The notes beneath the pieces are model-generated. The model was not told the DNA's origin and made no database searches. It saw only the letters and a program-made list of their open reading frames with translations. A DNA stretch of 64,000 nt from assembly GCA_951406725.2 (NCBI GenBank), contig OX597815.1, positions 97,464,001-97,528,000 on the forward strand, read 5' to 3'. The position numbers and the translations under genes were made by a program. The DNA is from Octopus vulgaris. Lineage: Eukaryota. Within the stretch, counting starts at the first letter, position 1; each line of letters begins with the position of its first letter. This document shows, piece by piece, positions 40,846 through 52,157 of this stretch.

Positions 40846-41279
40846 ACTACTGTGTTTCATTGCAGTAAGTTCCATATTCAAAAGTTGCGTTAGGCTCATC
40901 GAGTACCAGTCATTAGCTGATATCGATTCAATCCTCTCTTCACAAAAGCTGTCGTATGCAATTCTCAAAACAAAAATTGTAAATTCGTTAAAGCCTTTGG
41001 AGAACGAATGAATAATCTCATTGTACATTCCTAATTCGATTATAAATCTCCCATAATCATTGCTTTGTTCGCAAGAACATATCGAGCTTCAGTAATTGCA
41101 TCTAATTTCATAATGACGCATATTATATGTCAGAGGCATTATGTCTCAAGAAGAATTTAGCTTAAAAGATGATGTCAACATTAGCTTTCATCATGCTGGC
41201 GCCGTAAAGAAATTACTATACGCAGTCGTGTCAATAAACTACGTTACCCGGATATATGAAAAATGGTTAATATGAATGT

Positions 41280-41338
41280 TAATAACAATAACAGCAGCGG
41301 CAGCAGCAGCAGCAGGCGGTAGCAGGCGGAAGAAGAAG

Positions 41339-41371
<33 letters not shown>

Positions 41372-41379
41372 CAGCAGTT

Positions 41380-41419
<40 letters not shown>

Positions 41420-41420
41420 C

Positions 41421-41456
<36 letters not shown>

Positions 41457-41592
41457 AGTAGTGGCAGTAGTAGTAGTGGCAGTTGTAGTAGTGGCAGTTG
41501 TAGTAGTAATAGTAGTAGTAGTGGCAGCTGTAGTAGTAGTAGTCGTAGTAGTAGTAGTAGTAGTAGTAGAAACAGGTGTAGCAGTGGCAGCT

Positions 41593-41623
<31 letters not shown>

Positions 41624-41810
41624 AAAAAGGTGTAGCAGTGGCATATGTAGTAGTAATAATAGTAGTGACAGTTGCTGTAGTAGTAGTTGAAGTATTAGCA
41701 GCAGCAGCAGTAGTAGTATGAGTAGTAGCAGTAGTGGCAGCAGCAGTAGTAAAAGTAGTACTAGCGGTGGTGGTGGTGGTTGTGGGAGGGTAGCAGCAGT
41801 AGTGGTATAT
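41280..41810. repeat. Degenerate (TAG)n/(CAG)n low-complexity tract
   Basis: Directly visible. Confidence 0.95.
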
Positions 41811-41834
41811 TAGTTGTTTTGGTGGTTCTAGTAA

Positions 41835-42050
41835 TAGTTTCTATTACAGTTCTCAAATACCAACATTTTCCGGGGACTGGTTTAGTCGACGTCATCAGTC
41901 GCAATAACTGACCGGTCCTCTATTTTATCAGCCTCAAATGATGAAGGTAAAAATTTATTGACGGGTATTGAACTAAACATTAAAAGGCCAGAAAAAAATA
42001 TCACATGTCATTCTTCGGTAAAGCTCTAAATATTGTCATTTTGCTGCCTT
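41835..42050 (-). mobile_element. Diverged AAGGCGG-type SINE
   Basis: TAGTCGA..TCAGT...ATGAAGGTAAAA...TTGAACT...GCTGCCTT. Confidence 0.6.
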
Positions 42051-42568
42051 AACAGTAACCATGATAATCTGAATTGTGGCTCAAGATCAACAATTTGCAG
42101 GAATGAGAGATTAATCACAATACTTTACTGGTACTTCCTTTTATTGACACCGAAATACTGTTTTCTACTATAGGCACAACGCCTGAAATTTAGGAGACTG
42201 GGACAGTCGATTAGATCGACTCCAGTACGCAGCTGGTACTTAATCTATCGACCCCGAAAGGATGAAAGGCAAAGTCGATCTCGGTGAAATTTGAACTCAA
42301 AACGTAAAGACAGACGTAAGACTGCAAGGCATTTCGCCCAGCGTACTAACGTTTCTTATTTCTTTATTGCCCACAAGGGGCTAAACATAGAGGGGACAAA
42401 CAAGGACAAACAAAGGGATTAAGTCGATTACATCGACGCTAGTGCGTAACTGGTACTTAATTTATCGACCCCGAAAAGATAAAAGGCAAAATCGATCTCG
42501 GTGGAATTTGAACATCGACCCCATTGGGTAAGACCGCTAAGCATTTCGCCCAGCGTGCTAAAGTTTCT

Positions 42569-44210
42569 TCTTTCTTTATTACCCACCAGGGGCGACACAG
42601 AGGGGACACCACAAGACATGGGGACATAGAACATTATAATTAAATTTATGAAGGATGAATTAGTACATGAAAAAATGATAATATGAAAGCGATACTAAAG
42701 GCCCCATCCGTTAGCATCACTTTCCTGTCCTTTGGTTTTCACCGTCACTTGAATGTTCATTCCCAATACGAATACCTTCCATATCTATTCTTACTCCGAA
42801 ATACTCCTCCATATTTTCCACGAATTCATTCTTATATCTATCACCTCCCAATTCTCCCTTTCACACCTCACCATAAACTCATCTATTTTCTTCTTTTCAA
42901 TCACAGCATACCTAGTCTCACCAACTTCATACCATTTATACTCTTCCATTAGCCTTTTAACTTCTTTCTGTTCTGTCATAGTACAAATGTTCGGCCTGGG
43001 TTCGATTTCAATCTCTTGTCTGTCTGTATTATTTTTTTCTTTTGTTTTCTTGTTGGAGGGGAGCGGGTGGGTTCACTGTCTGCAGGGAAAGGGTGGGACT
43101 CAGAGGGTATGGGTGGTTTTGAGGTGGATTGGTGTTCTATGTTATTTTCTTTTCCTCTTATTCTCCTCTTCCTCTTCTTCCCAGCTTCTTTCCATTCCTG
43201 TGTATTCTCTTCCTCTTCTACTGTCTCCTTCTCCTCTGGTTTCTGCTCCTCTCTCTGTGGTTCGGAATCCATTTCTTTCACTGGGGGAGGGCAGTAAGCT
43301 CTTATGTGACCCCTCAGGCCACACTTGTAACAACGTGGAGCTCTGCCCTCCACCCACACTCTCATGATCACGTCTCCCAATTTGATGCTTTCCGCCAGGT
43401 CCACCAGTACCTCGTTCTCTGCCTGCACGTTCAGTTCCACTGTTACGCCTCTCCAGCCCTCGGTCTTAACCGAGGCATGGAGAATATCTACTTCCTCCTC
43501 GTGGCCGCTGATCACATCCGCCACAATCCACTCGGCCTCAACGTTTGGGGGCAGTCCCTCCACCCTTACTCTAGTAATTTTTCTTTTTAGATACGTAGGC
43601 AAAAGTGTTACCTTTTCGGATTTCACCGCCTTCGCCGCCATCTTTCTTGCTGCATTCTCACTTTTAAACTGTACCACTACAGTACCATACTTTGATCCTC
43701 GAGTCAGAAAATTAATCTCCTCTTCCGTTCTTCTTAGCGCCTCCTCTATCCACTCCATGTTTACAACTTCTATCTTCTTCCTTTCGCTTGCGAACACCCT
43801 GTATATGATGGTCCTTTTATCGTACCATTCTTTTCTCTTGGGTGTCGGTGCTAGTTCGACCTCACCGCTGTCCTTCTTCATATATTTCTGGTAACTTGGC
43901 AGCTTGGCCAAGTCCACCCCTTTCTCTTCCGCCTTCTTGGTCACTCCGGCATAGGTATAACCCAGCTTCATTCTCACTGCCTGTTCCAGTTCCTCATCAG
44001 TCGTGGACAAGTCTGATAGGGACTCATAGTCCATTTCCTTCTGTCTGACAGACCGAAAACGGCCGCCCGAACAGAAAAAGTGTAACGCGCAGAACCAGCG
44101 AAACGCGAAACCGCATCAACGACGTTCAAAATTTCTACAACAACAACAATTCTTTTTGTTCTTTTTTACCGAATTTTACGAGCGTAAAAAAACACAACCG
44201 ACGTCAAACG
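42569..44210 (-). mobile_element. Full-length ORF1-only (HAL1-like) non-autonomous Tx1/L1-type retroelement
   Basis: 16-bp TSD with 1 mismatch, ~175-nt 5' UTR, ORF1, no endonuclease or RT motifs, AATAAA at 42580-42575 and tail TGTCTTGTGGTGTCCCCTCTGTGTCGCCCCTGGTGGGTAATAAAGAAAG. Confidence 0.8.
42976..44034 (-). CDS. L1/Tx1-type ORF1 (gag-like nucleic-acid-binding protein with CCHC zinc knuckle), 352 aa; probably extended to ~42718 before two frameshifts
   Basis: RRM-like region, VRVEGLPP, RVWVEGRAPRCYKCGLRGHIRAYCP (CX2CX4HX4C), then acidic and basic (KKRKRR) tracts. Adjacent frames continue NTDRQEIEIEPRPNICTMTEQKEV...MEEYFGVRIDMEG. Confidence 0.85.
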   Translation of the reverse strand: MDYESLSDLSTTDEELEQAVRMKLGYTYAGVTKKAEEKGVDLAKLPSYQKYMKKDSGEVELAPTPKRKEWYDKRTIIYRVFASERKKIEVVNMEWIEEALRRTEEEINFLTRGSKYGTVVVQFKSENAARKMAAKAVKSEKVTLLPTYLKRKITRVRVEGLPPNVEAEWIVADVISGHEEEVDILHASVKTEGWRGVTVELNVQAENEVLVDLAESIKLGDVIMRVWVEGRAPRCYKCGLRGHIRAYCPPPVKEMDSEPQREEQKPEEKETVEEEENTQEWKEAGKKRKRRIRGKENNIEHQSTSKPPIPSESHPFPADSEPTRSPPTRKQKKKIIQTDKRLKSNPGRTFVL

Positions 44211-45699
44211 GCGTGCTAACGTTTCTGCCAGCTCACCGCCTTTCGATACCGAAATATTGAAAGGCAAAGTTTATCTCAGCAGCATTTATGCAAAGTGGTT
44301 TAGTAAATATTGTTGTCTCCAGTACTGCTTGGTACTTTAGTTTATGGGGAGCTATAATTGCATTATTATATAAATTACTAGAAGATAAAAGAATATACGT
44401 GTTATCGCTCACTAAGTTAAAAGAAAATATGACTGAACCGATATTGCATTTTCTGGAATAAAAGTGACGTCATCTTCTGTCGTTCATTAGAATTTTATAA
44501 TGACGAGGAGGTAACAAAGAAACCTGGGCGCTATTCTAATGAATATAATTTTGAGCAAGACATTAGCTTTGTCATATGAACACAATTTTTTTTTTATGAA
44601 AGCGAAACATGTCTATGAATAAAACAGAATTGTACAAAACCTAAAGTTTTAACATTGTTGTGCAAATGGAAAATCCATGTTACCTCAAATTATTGGAAGT
44701 CGTACATTATTGAATTTAACTCGAACAAGCTCTGAATTTTGTCAAATCATTCAGAGTTACAACACAACTTTAAGTTTTCACCTCGACGACGACAGAATAA
44801 ATCGATACAGTTACATAAGTCATTGTTCCTTATATAGGCACCAGGAATGAAATTTTTAGACGGGGAATAGCTTATTATCTTTTAACAGCGATTGATAAAT
44901 CGCTGTTTCTTATACAGGCATCAGGACCGAATTTTTAGACAGAGAAGAGCTTATTATCTCGTTAAGTGTTTAACAGCTACCACAATATGTCGGTTCCGAG
45001 CGGTTGAAATGTAAATTTAATCTCTGCGCAATTTGAACACAGATTTTAAATAGGTTAAAGAAATGTCACAAATATGTGTTCGTACACACACACACACACA
45101 CACGACAAGATTGTTATTTAGTCATGTGTTCGTAATTCATCACCTTTGTAACACTGTAGTTTCCTTGTGCATGATGAAAATTACTAATTATATCAATATT
45201 ATATAATATAAGGCAAAACTAAAATACAGCGTTAATTCGACCGAACAAGTGAGAGAGATGGAAGCGTAAAATTAATACAAATTTATTCAAATATCGTCAA
45301 AATAATTTATAAGTATTAGCATGTGGTTTGGCTGACACATCTGGCTTCTAATATTTTGTTTAATTCACCAGAACATTTTGAATCGTTTAACGCCGTCAAA
45401 CGTATATGCTCTTTAACGAAGTGGTAGTTGTTTTGGATCGATTTGCTTGAAATTGCGGGTGATCATAATGGGTGTATTAGGCTCCGTATATTTGCATCTA
45501 CCCCAGCATCGCCCTCAATAATAATAATAACAATAATAATGACGACGACGACGACGTTGATGTTTTGCTCAATACTTCAACGATTCTAATTCGTCGTCCA
45601 AGTCATTTGATTAATAATGGTTTCAAATTTTGCCACAATGCCAGCTATTTAGAAGGAGAGGCTAAGTCGATTAGATCGAACTTTGAACTTTAACTGGGT

Positions 45700-46640
45700 T
45701 GCAGTCCTGTATCAAGCGTAGACTGAAGCAGGGCCCGCGGTTCATTTTGTGTGATCAGGCACTCACTGTCTTCTGTCAGTGGGGCAATGTGGTTGGGGTA
45801 AGTTCTTCGATAGTGGTGGAGAATTGCGATAATCTTCTCGGGGAAACTCTAATCATCAACGAGAATTAAAGGGTTGGATTGGGAGGACTTCCGAGTCGAC
45901 ACCTACAGGTAATTTCCACTAGGTTTAGTCTGACAGTACTATCGGCGATTATTACCGGTTTGGATAAACGGATAAACTATATAAGAATAAAGTGCCGTCA
46001 GCCTGGTCTGTCCGAGATGCACGCAGAGCGATGAAACTGTTTTGCTTGCTCTCTTCCAGTGCCCGAGCATTGCTGCCTTATGGGTTTATGCCGAACATCT
46101 GCTGTTGCGTGTAAGTTGGATCCAGCTATCGACTCTGTCTATTGTGATGATCGCCCCGCCACCCCCTTCTTTTCGCTGAGATTAGCAGGAAGTGTTTCTT
46201 TTGTCTGGTGGCCTTAGCGAAAGAGATTGTGTGCTGGACCATATTGAAAGGACTGAACACAGGTACTTTCCTCTCTGGCTAAGACCTTATCAACTTTCTC
46301 AAGTTTCACTTCGAACGGAAAGTAAGGGTAGAGAGGGAAATGCTACCTCCCAGCAATTTTCTTAAAAGCTGGTGAATGTTGCAAGAATAGTCCGAATGAA
46401 CACGCCCAGACAAAGCTATGAGAACGATGTGGAAATATCTCTTGCCCTAGTGATCAAGGCGACCCTGGTTTGTGGGGTCATTGCTAGCAGCCCTAGGATA
46501 TCTTCTTTTAGGAAAGTTTTCGATGTTAAAATTTATTTTGCTATCTTTTATATTTACACATTTTATATGTAACCCCACATTGTATTATCCTCTGTCGTCT
46601 TCAACGTTCTTGCGAACTTTTGGTGACTGATAAAGAAAAG
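45700..46640 (+). mobile_element. 5'-truncated, degenerate Tx1/L1-type LINE ORF2 3' end + 3' UTR
   Basis: QYYRRLLPV..CPRCTQSDETVLLALFQCPSIAALW (46009-46083, ORF2 C-terminal zinc motif with H lost)...ALAKEIVCW...LINFLKFHFERK...W/NVARIVRMN; ends GATAAAGAAAAG. Confidence 0.8.
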
Positions 46641-46674
46641 TTTATTATGATTATTATTATTATTGTTATTGTGC

Positions 46675-46970
46675 GGAAGCGTGTCGCCTAGTGGTTTAAG
46701 TGCCGCAACTACGGTCGCTACATTTAAGGTTCAAATCTTGGGCTTAGCGGCGCACAATGTTCTTGAGCAAAACTCTTCATTTCACGTTACTCTGCAATTA
46801 TTTCGACATCTCAAAGTGTGGTATAATTGTGCACCTTTACAGGCAATATTGACTTGATGGAGGGAGTGACCTAATGTTGAGCATATATATTTGAAATTAT
46901 ACATAAATCATTTGTGTACATCTTTTAGCAAAAACTGAACTCTCATACGTCGTTTTCGATGGGAGATTCC
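46675..46970 (+). mobile_element. Degraded CORE-like tRNA SINE
   Basis: GCCTAGTGGTTTAAGTG..GGTTCAAATC..TGTTCTTGAGCAAAAC..GATGGAGGGAGTGA. Confidence 0.7.
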
Positions 46971-47019
46971 ATCAACATCATTATCATAAACATCATCACC
47001 CTCATCACCATCATTATTA

Positions 47020-47400
47020 TTAAATTGGGAGAAACTATAGCACTCGAAACTCAATGCTTAGCGCAATTTCGCCTGTCTTTATGATCTAAGTTGAAATGTT
47101 ACCGATGTCGACTTTGCTTTTCATACTTTCAGGTCACCTCCCCTCAAAACTTCCTGGCTCAAGCCAAAGTTTGAAACCGTTATTATCGAAACCATTATTG
47201 CATGATGGCAGCGAGCTAGCAGAAACTGTATTACGCCGAATAAAATGCATTGCGTCATTGGGTCCGCCATTAGTTTTTAACTTCAAATTCCACCGAGATT
47301 ATCTTCGCAGTCTATCCTTTCGGGGTTGATGAAAAAATTAGCATTTATGGACTGCAATCGACAAGCACCGCCCCCATTCCCAAAGTTTCACATAACGCAT
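47020..47400 (+). mobile_element. Two degraded AAGGCGG-type SINEs
   Basis: AATGCTTAGCG..TCGACTTTGCTTTTCAT; GGCAGCGAGCTAGCAGAAAC..CAAATTCCACCGAG..ATCCTTTCGGGGTTGAT. Confidence 0.7.
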
Positions 47401-48540
47401 CTATAGAAGACATGGTTATCATTAGCATTTGCAATACTAGAAGTAGCAGGAGGAAGAAAAGTAGGTGTGTTCGTATCTTTGCATCTGGGAAATCTAGGAA
47501 AGCATCACAGCAACATAGTACTCGCACACTCAGACACAGGTATTCATACACATACATTCATACACACGTGAGTATATACATATATGTGTGTTCGTGTATA
47601 GGCACACGCAAATAAACACACCTAAACACACACACACATATGTCAAAATTGTTATTTAGTCATGTGTTCATGATTCGTCACCTTTGTAACACTGAGGTTT
47701 CCTTGTGCCTGGTGCAAATTACTAATCATATCAACATTAGATAATGCAAAGCAAATATAAAATATAGCGTTAATTCGACCAAACAAGTGAGAGAGATGCA
47801 AGCGTAAAATTAATACAAATTTATTCAAATATCGTCAAAATAATTTATAAGTATTAGCATGTGATTTGGCTGACACCTCTCGCTTCTAATATTTTATTTA
47901 ATATACCAGAACGTTTTGGTCTTTTAACCCTATCAATCGTATATGCTTTAAAGCTATATCTGTAGGCAAAGAAAAATGTTAATCCTACTTAAGCGCAATC
48001 TTATTAAATTCTCTAATATTTTGTGATATGACAGTTATGATTGTTCGCGAAATGACTAAGAAATTAACCATAACTGTAATTACCACAGCAACAATAGCCT
48101 GATATTGCCCTTGAATCAAGGTTGCAAGATCAGATTGTAGAAAGAAACGACAATTATAAGATCATTGGTTTTGCAAAGCTGTATTACAGTACGGTATTGA
48201 GTCAAAAATTTTGCAATATTTGTATAATTTAATTGCTTTATTCGTCAAGTTATAGCAAAAGCAGTGGCCGACGTTTTGCTCCGTCTGAAGCCACATTTCA
48301 TTGATCTTATGCTGAGATTATTTCTTGTATTTCGAGACGGAAGAACTACATCACCAAAGTTTCACGTCCTTTTCGTTGATGAAGCTTCGTGAGCGCAGGA
48401 ACTGAGCCATCCCTGCTAAGTAGATAAGAATGAAATATTTTTTCACATTATAATAATAATAAAAATAATAATGGTGATGATGATGATGATGATGATGATG
48501 GTCATGATCATGATCATGATGATGAAGATCATGATGATAA

Positions 48541-48938
48541 GGTGTTAGAGCACCGAACCCGGATACAGTAAGCTTTAGGAAGGACAAACAAGAGTGCCTA
48601 ATAATTGACGTGGTAATGCCAGGAGATCAACATATCATTATGTAAGAAAGAGAAAATGTTGATAAATATGGAGACCTGAGAATTGAGATCGTTAAGATGT
48701 GGCAGCTAGGAGAGTCAGATATAAAGGTTATCCCAGTTGTCATTGGAGCGTTGGATTCGGTACCACCCGGTCTGAAAAAAAGTCTTAAAACCTTAGAATT
48801 ACTCTATATTCTAGATGCATTGCAAAGGTCGGTATTATTTGGAACTGCACGCATATTGTGTAACGTACTGTCTGTCTGAGGTCCTTGTTGTGGCCTCACA
48901 AGCAGTACAAACCCCCGATAGGTAGGCTATCTTCAATC
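48541..48938 (+). mobile_element. R4/Dong LINE 3' end (REL endonuclease) followed by (TAA)n
   Basis: IIDVVMPGD...DKYGDLRIEIVKMWQL..VIPVVIGALD...LQRSVLFGTARIL. Confidence 0.8.
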
Positions 48939-48982
<44 letters not shown>

Positions 48983-49010
48983 TAATAATAATAATAATAA
49001 TGATAATAAT

Positions 49011-50408
49011 AATGCAAGAAACAGGATCGAAGCGATCAATGCCTTAGCCATACCAGTCGTGACTTATAGATTGAACATCGTTAACTAATCAATTACTGAA
49101 ATATGTAATCGTGACTGAAAAATACGAAAACAGTTGACAATCCATAGAATGCACCACCCTAAGGCAGATATAGAACGACTTTATCTGCCAAGAAAAGAGG
49201 GAGGCCGTGGACTTTTACAACTGGCATTAACAATGAAGATTGCCACGATTGGCCTAGACACCCACCTGAAAACAATGAGGACTGGATGTTAAAACTTGTC
49301 TCAAAACATGAAAATAAGAAAGCATCATACACAGTAACAAAACAGGCAAAGGAATATCTGAGTGAATTCCAAATACAACAAATTTCGGAATTAGACATAC
49401 GAGAAAAGCACAGAAAAAGCTAAGCGCATGAAATCCCGTGCTAAAACTGCTGCCTTAGATATTTTGACTGATAAATTGCAAGAAAAACCTCTCAACGGCA
49501 AATACCCAAAGAGTGTGAATAATGACGATGTTGACAAAACCCTGACTCTTAATGGCTAATGGCCTCTGGCTTAAAATCTGAAACAGAAGGGTTTATCATA
49601 CCAGCTGAAGATCAATACCTACCTACAAGGAATTACCAGGCCAACATATTAAAGAACGGTAGTAGCCCAGCATGTCGTGTATGTCAACAACAAAATGAAA
49701 CCATTGACCTTGTTGTCTCCTAGTGCAGTCTTCTTGCGCCAACAGAGTATCTCAAGAGGCATGACAGAGCTGCACAATATTTTCACTCGGTAATTTGCAA
49801 AAGCCTGGACTTGCCCCCATAATAAAAACTGGTGGGAACACAAACCACCTCCAGTGCTTGAAAATGATCACATCTCACTCCTCTGGAACTTCACCATTCA
49901 AACTGACAGAAAGATAGATGCGAATAGGCCAGCCATTGAAAGATTTCAGACAAAAATCATGCCCACCTCATTGATATGACAGTCCCAATCAATATATACG
50001 TATATGTCAAGACCTACTAAAAACTGAGCAAATATAAAGATCTTGAAATAGAAATTAGCAAAATGTGGAACCTGAAGACTAAAACAATACCTGTTGTCAT
50101 AGGTGCCATAGGAATGATACCTAGCTCAGATACCAGGAAACCCCAAAATGGCAGAAATTCCAAAGATAGTGCTCATGGGAACTGCTTATATCCTACGCAA
50201 AATACTTTCTATGTAATCTCAAGTTTTAAAACAAACCTAATTTTCTTAAGGCTTCTTAAACATTCTCTAGAAGAACATTATGTACAAAACCAAATATATG
50301 GCACCCTAGGCATAACACCAACATGAATTTCCAATTTGTTGTCTCTTGAGGTCTCTGGGTGAGAGTTAGTGCCAACTTGTACAAATGTAAAGCAAAAGTC
50401 AAACATTA
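49011..50408 (+). mobile_element. 5'-truncated R4/Dong LINE flanked by (TAA)n
   Basis: NARNRIEAINALAIPVVTY, HHPKADIERLYLPRKEGGRGL, CRVC..NETIDLVVS, RHD, DANRP, KYKDLEIEI..MWNL..IPVVIGAIG. Confidence 0.9.
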
Positions 50409-50472
<64 letters not shown>

Positions 50473-50593
50473 GCAACAATAATAATAATAATAACAATAA
50501 TAATAGTCATAATAATAATGATAAACAATAATAATAGTAATAATAATAACAACAACAACAACAACAACAATGATAATAATAATAATAATAATA

Positions 50594-50745
50594 GCCCCGG
50601 TGACAACAAGATTAATGTAAAAGAAAAAGTTCACAACTATGACAATTTAAAGTGGGAAATACGAAGGTTACGGTCAATGAAGAGAGTAGACGTGATACTA
50701 ATAGTAATTGGTGCTCTTGGAAGCACCAACAAGGTTGAATAGTAA
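50594..50745 (+). mobile_element. Short R4/Dong endonuclease fragment after (TAA)n
   Basis: PGDNKINVKEK..NYDNLKWEIRRLRSMKRVDVILIVIGALG. Confidence 0.7.
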
Positions 50746-50754
50746 TTGGTGCAC

Positions 50755-51170
50755 TCAAATCTGGTATTGGAGGGGGCCGTCATTAATTTATGCCAGTCGA
50801 AAATGTTTACAGGATAGAGCAGCAAATGTCTCAGTTCCCTCTTCAGAGCTGGTTTGGTGCAATGTACAGAGGTAGCAGCTCAGAGGTCAGAATAAATGGT
50901 CAGTCACAGCCGGTTAGTTTTAGGCTTTCGATCCGTCAAGACTTACCCTTTTTTTCTATCTGTAACTACAGAATATAGAGCCTCAACTGCAGAGACGTAA
51001 ATGTTTGAGGAGCATCGTGTGAAAGCTAGGATATGGAACATCCGTGTCTAGATATTCGCTCACCGTCATCGGAATAGCTTTAGACACCAAGCACGTCGAG
51101 ATGTGAAAACGCGGCTCTGATTGGAGCAAAAATTAATAAGAAATCAGTATATCTATAGCTAGGCACGTGC
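50755..51170 (+). mobile_element. Degenerate Tx1/L1-type RT core fragment
   Basis: GAVINLCQSK.F.RIEQ (cf. LDQSKAFDRVDH), WFGAMYRGSSSEVRING...SIRQ (cf. VRQG), GAKINK. Confidence 0.6.
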
Positions 51171-52078
51171 AGAAGCATTTACTTGCAACCCATCAGAGAA
51201 TATTACAACAACCACGAATTACTGAGACAGCTAATGTACTAATTACTATTATCTTTTTTTTTCTTCTTGTGGTTCGCTTTGTTTAAAGCTAATATGTTAG
51301 AAATATTTTCCTAGTCTTTCTTTCTTTTGTGTGTATGGTACCTGCTGTCATGTAATTGATCTATGTATGTGTAAGGCTCTGTGTTTTCAAAGACGTTTCT
51401 CCCTGCTTCTTATAAATTACATATTAGTGGTTTAAATTAATTTACAAAAATCTCGATATTGATTTGATGCATTTTTAAAATCTGAATTTCTCAAGAAAAT
51501 TCGTATATTGTCTGCAGCAGTAATTCTAGCTGTTGAATATCAGCAGTGTAAAACTAAAGGATTTTCGTACACAAAAGATGGCTGATTTTGCTATTCTGCT
51601 TACCATTTTGATTTAAAATAAGAGCATCAGACAGAATTGGAATCCTTTGGAATGGAGATGGAGTTCTTTTTATAGGATTCCGTTTTTGTCTGTATTTGCA
51701 GAATTCTTTGTTATTTATTCAATACGTACCATCATCAACATTCTCATCATCAGCATCATCATGATCATTATTACTATTATTACTTCGCATGATTAGTGAC
51801 AGAATGAGTTGAATGATTTTATTCTATCTCAAACCTATTTTACTGAAATGCATATCAGCAAATATTATATATATTTGTTTTATAACTAGTTTTAGAGAAA
51901 AAACATTTTCGTCATGAGCATCATCATAAACGTCGTCCTCCTCTTCTTCCACCTCCTCATCATCATCACCACCATCATCATCATCATTACCATTATTATT
52001 ACTATTATTGTTATTATTATTAGTAGTAGTAATAGTAGTAACACCAGTAGTAGTAGTAGTAGCAGCTGCAGCAGCAAC

Positions 52079-52156
<78 letters not shown>

Positions 52157-52157
<1 letters not shown>

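Larger units (their letters stand above)
42161..44243 (-). mobile_element. Nested SINE complex: head 44243-44211, body+Tx1-like tail 42568-42357, body+alternative tail 42356-42161
   Basis: AGAAACGTTAGCACGC-like target occurs three times (44211-44226, 42553-42568, 42341-42356). Outer TSD GACACCGAAATACTG (42146) / GATACCGAAATATTG (44245) lies inside an older SINE. Confidence 0.85.
45110..47947 (+). repeat. Pair of ~300-bp direct repeats (45110-45410 and 47648-47947)
   Basis: TTGTTATTTAGTCATGTGTTC...AAGCGTAAAATTAATACAAATTTATTCAAATATCGTCAAAATAATTTATAAGTATTAGCATGTG...CGTATATGCT is present twice. Confidence 0.9.

Noticed and set aside
42976-44034. Host zinc-knuckle gene or LTR-retrotransposon gag
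   Set aside because: Bounded by a 16-bp TSD and a non-LTR-type tail; no LTRs, PBS or pol.
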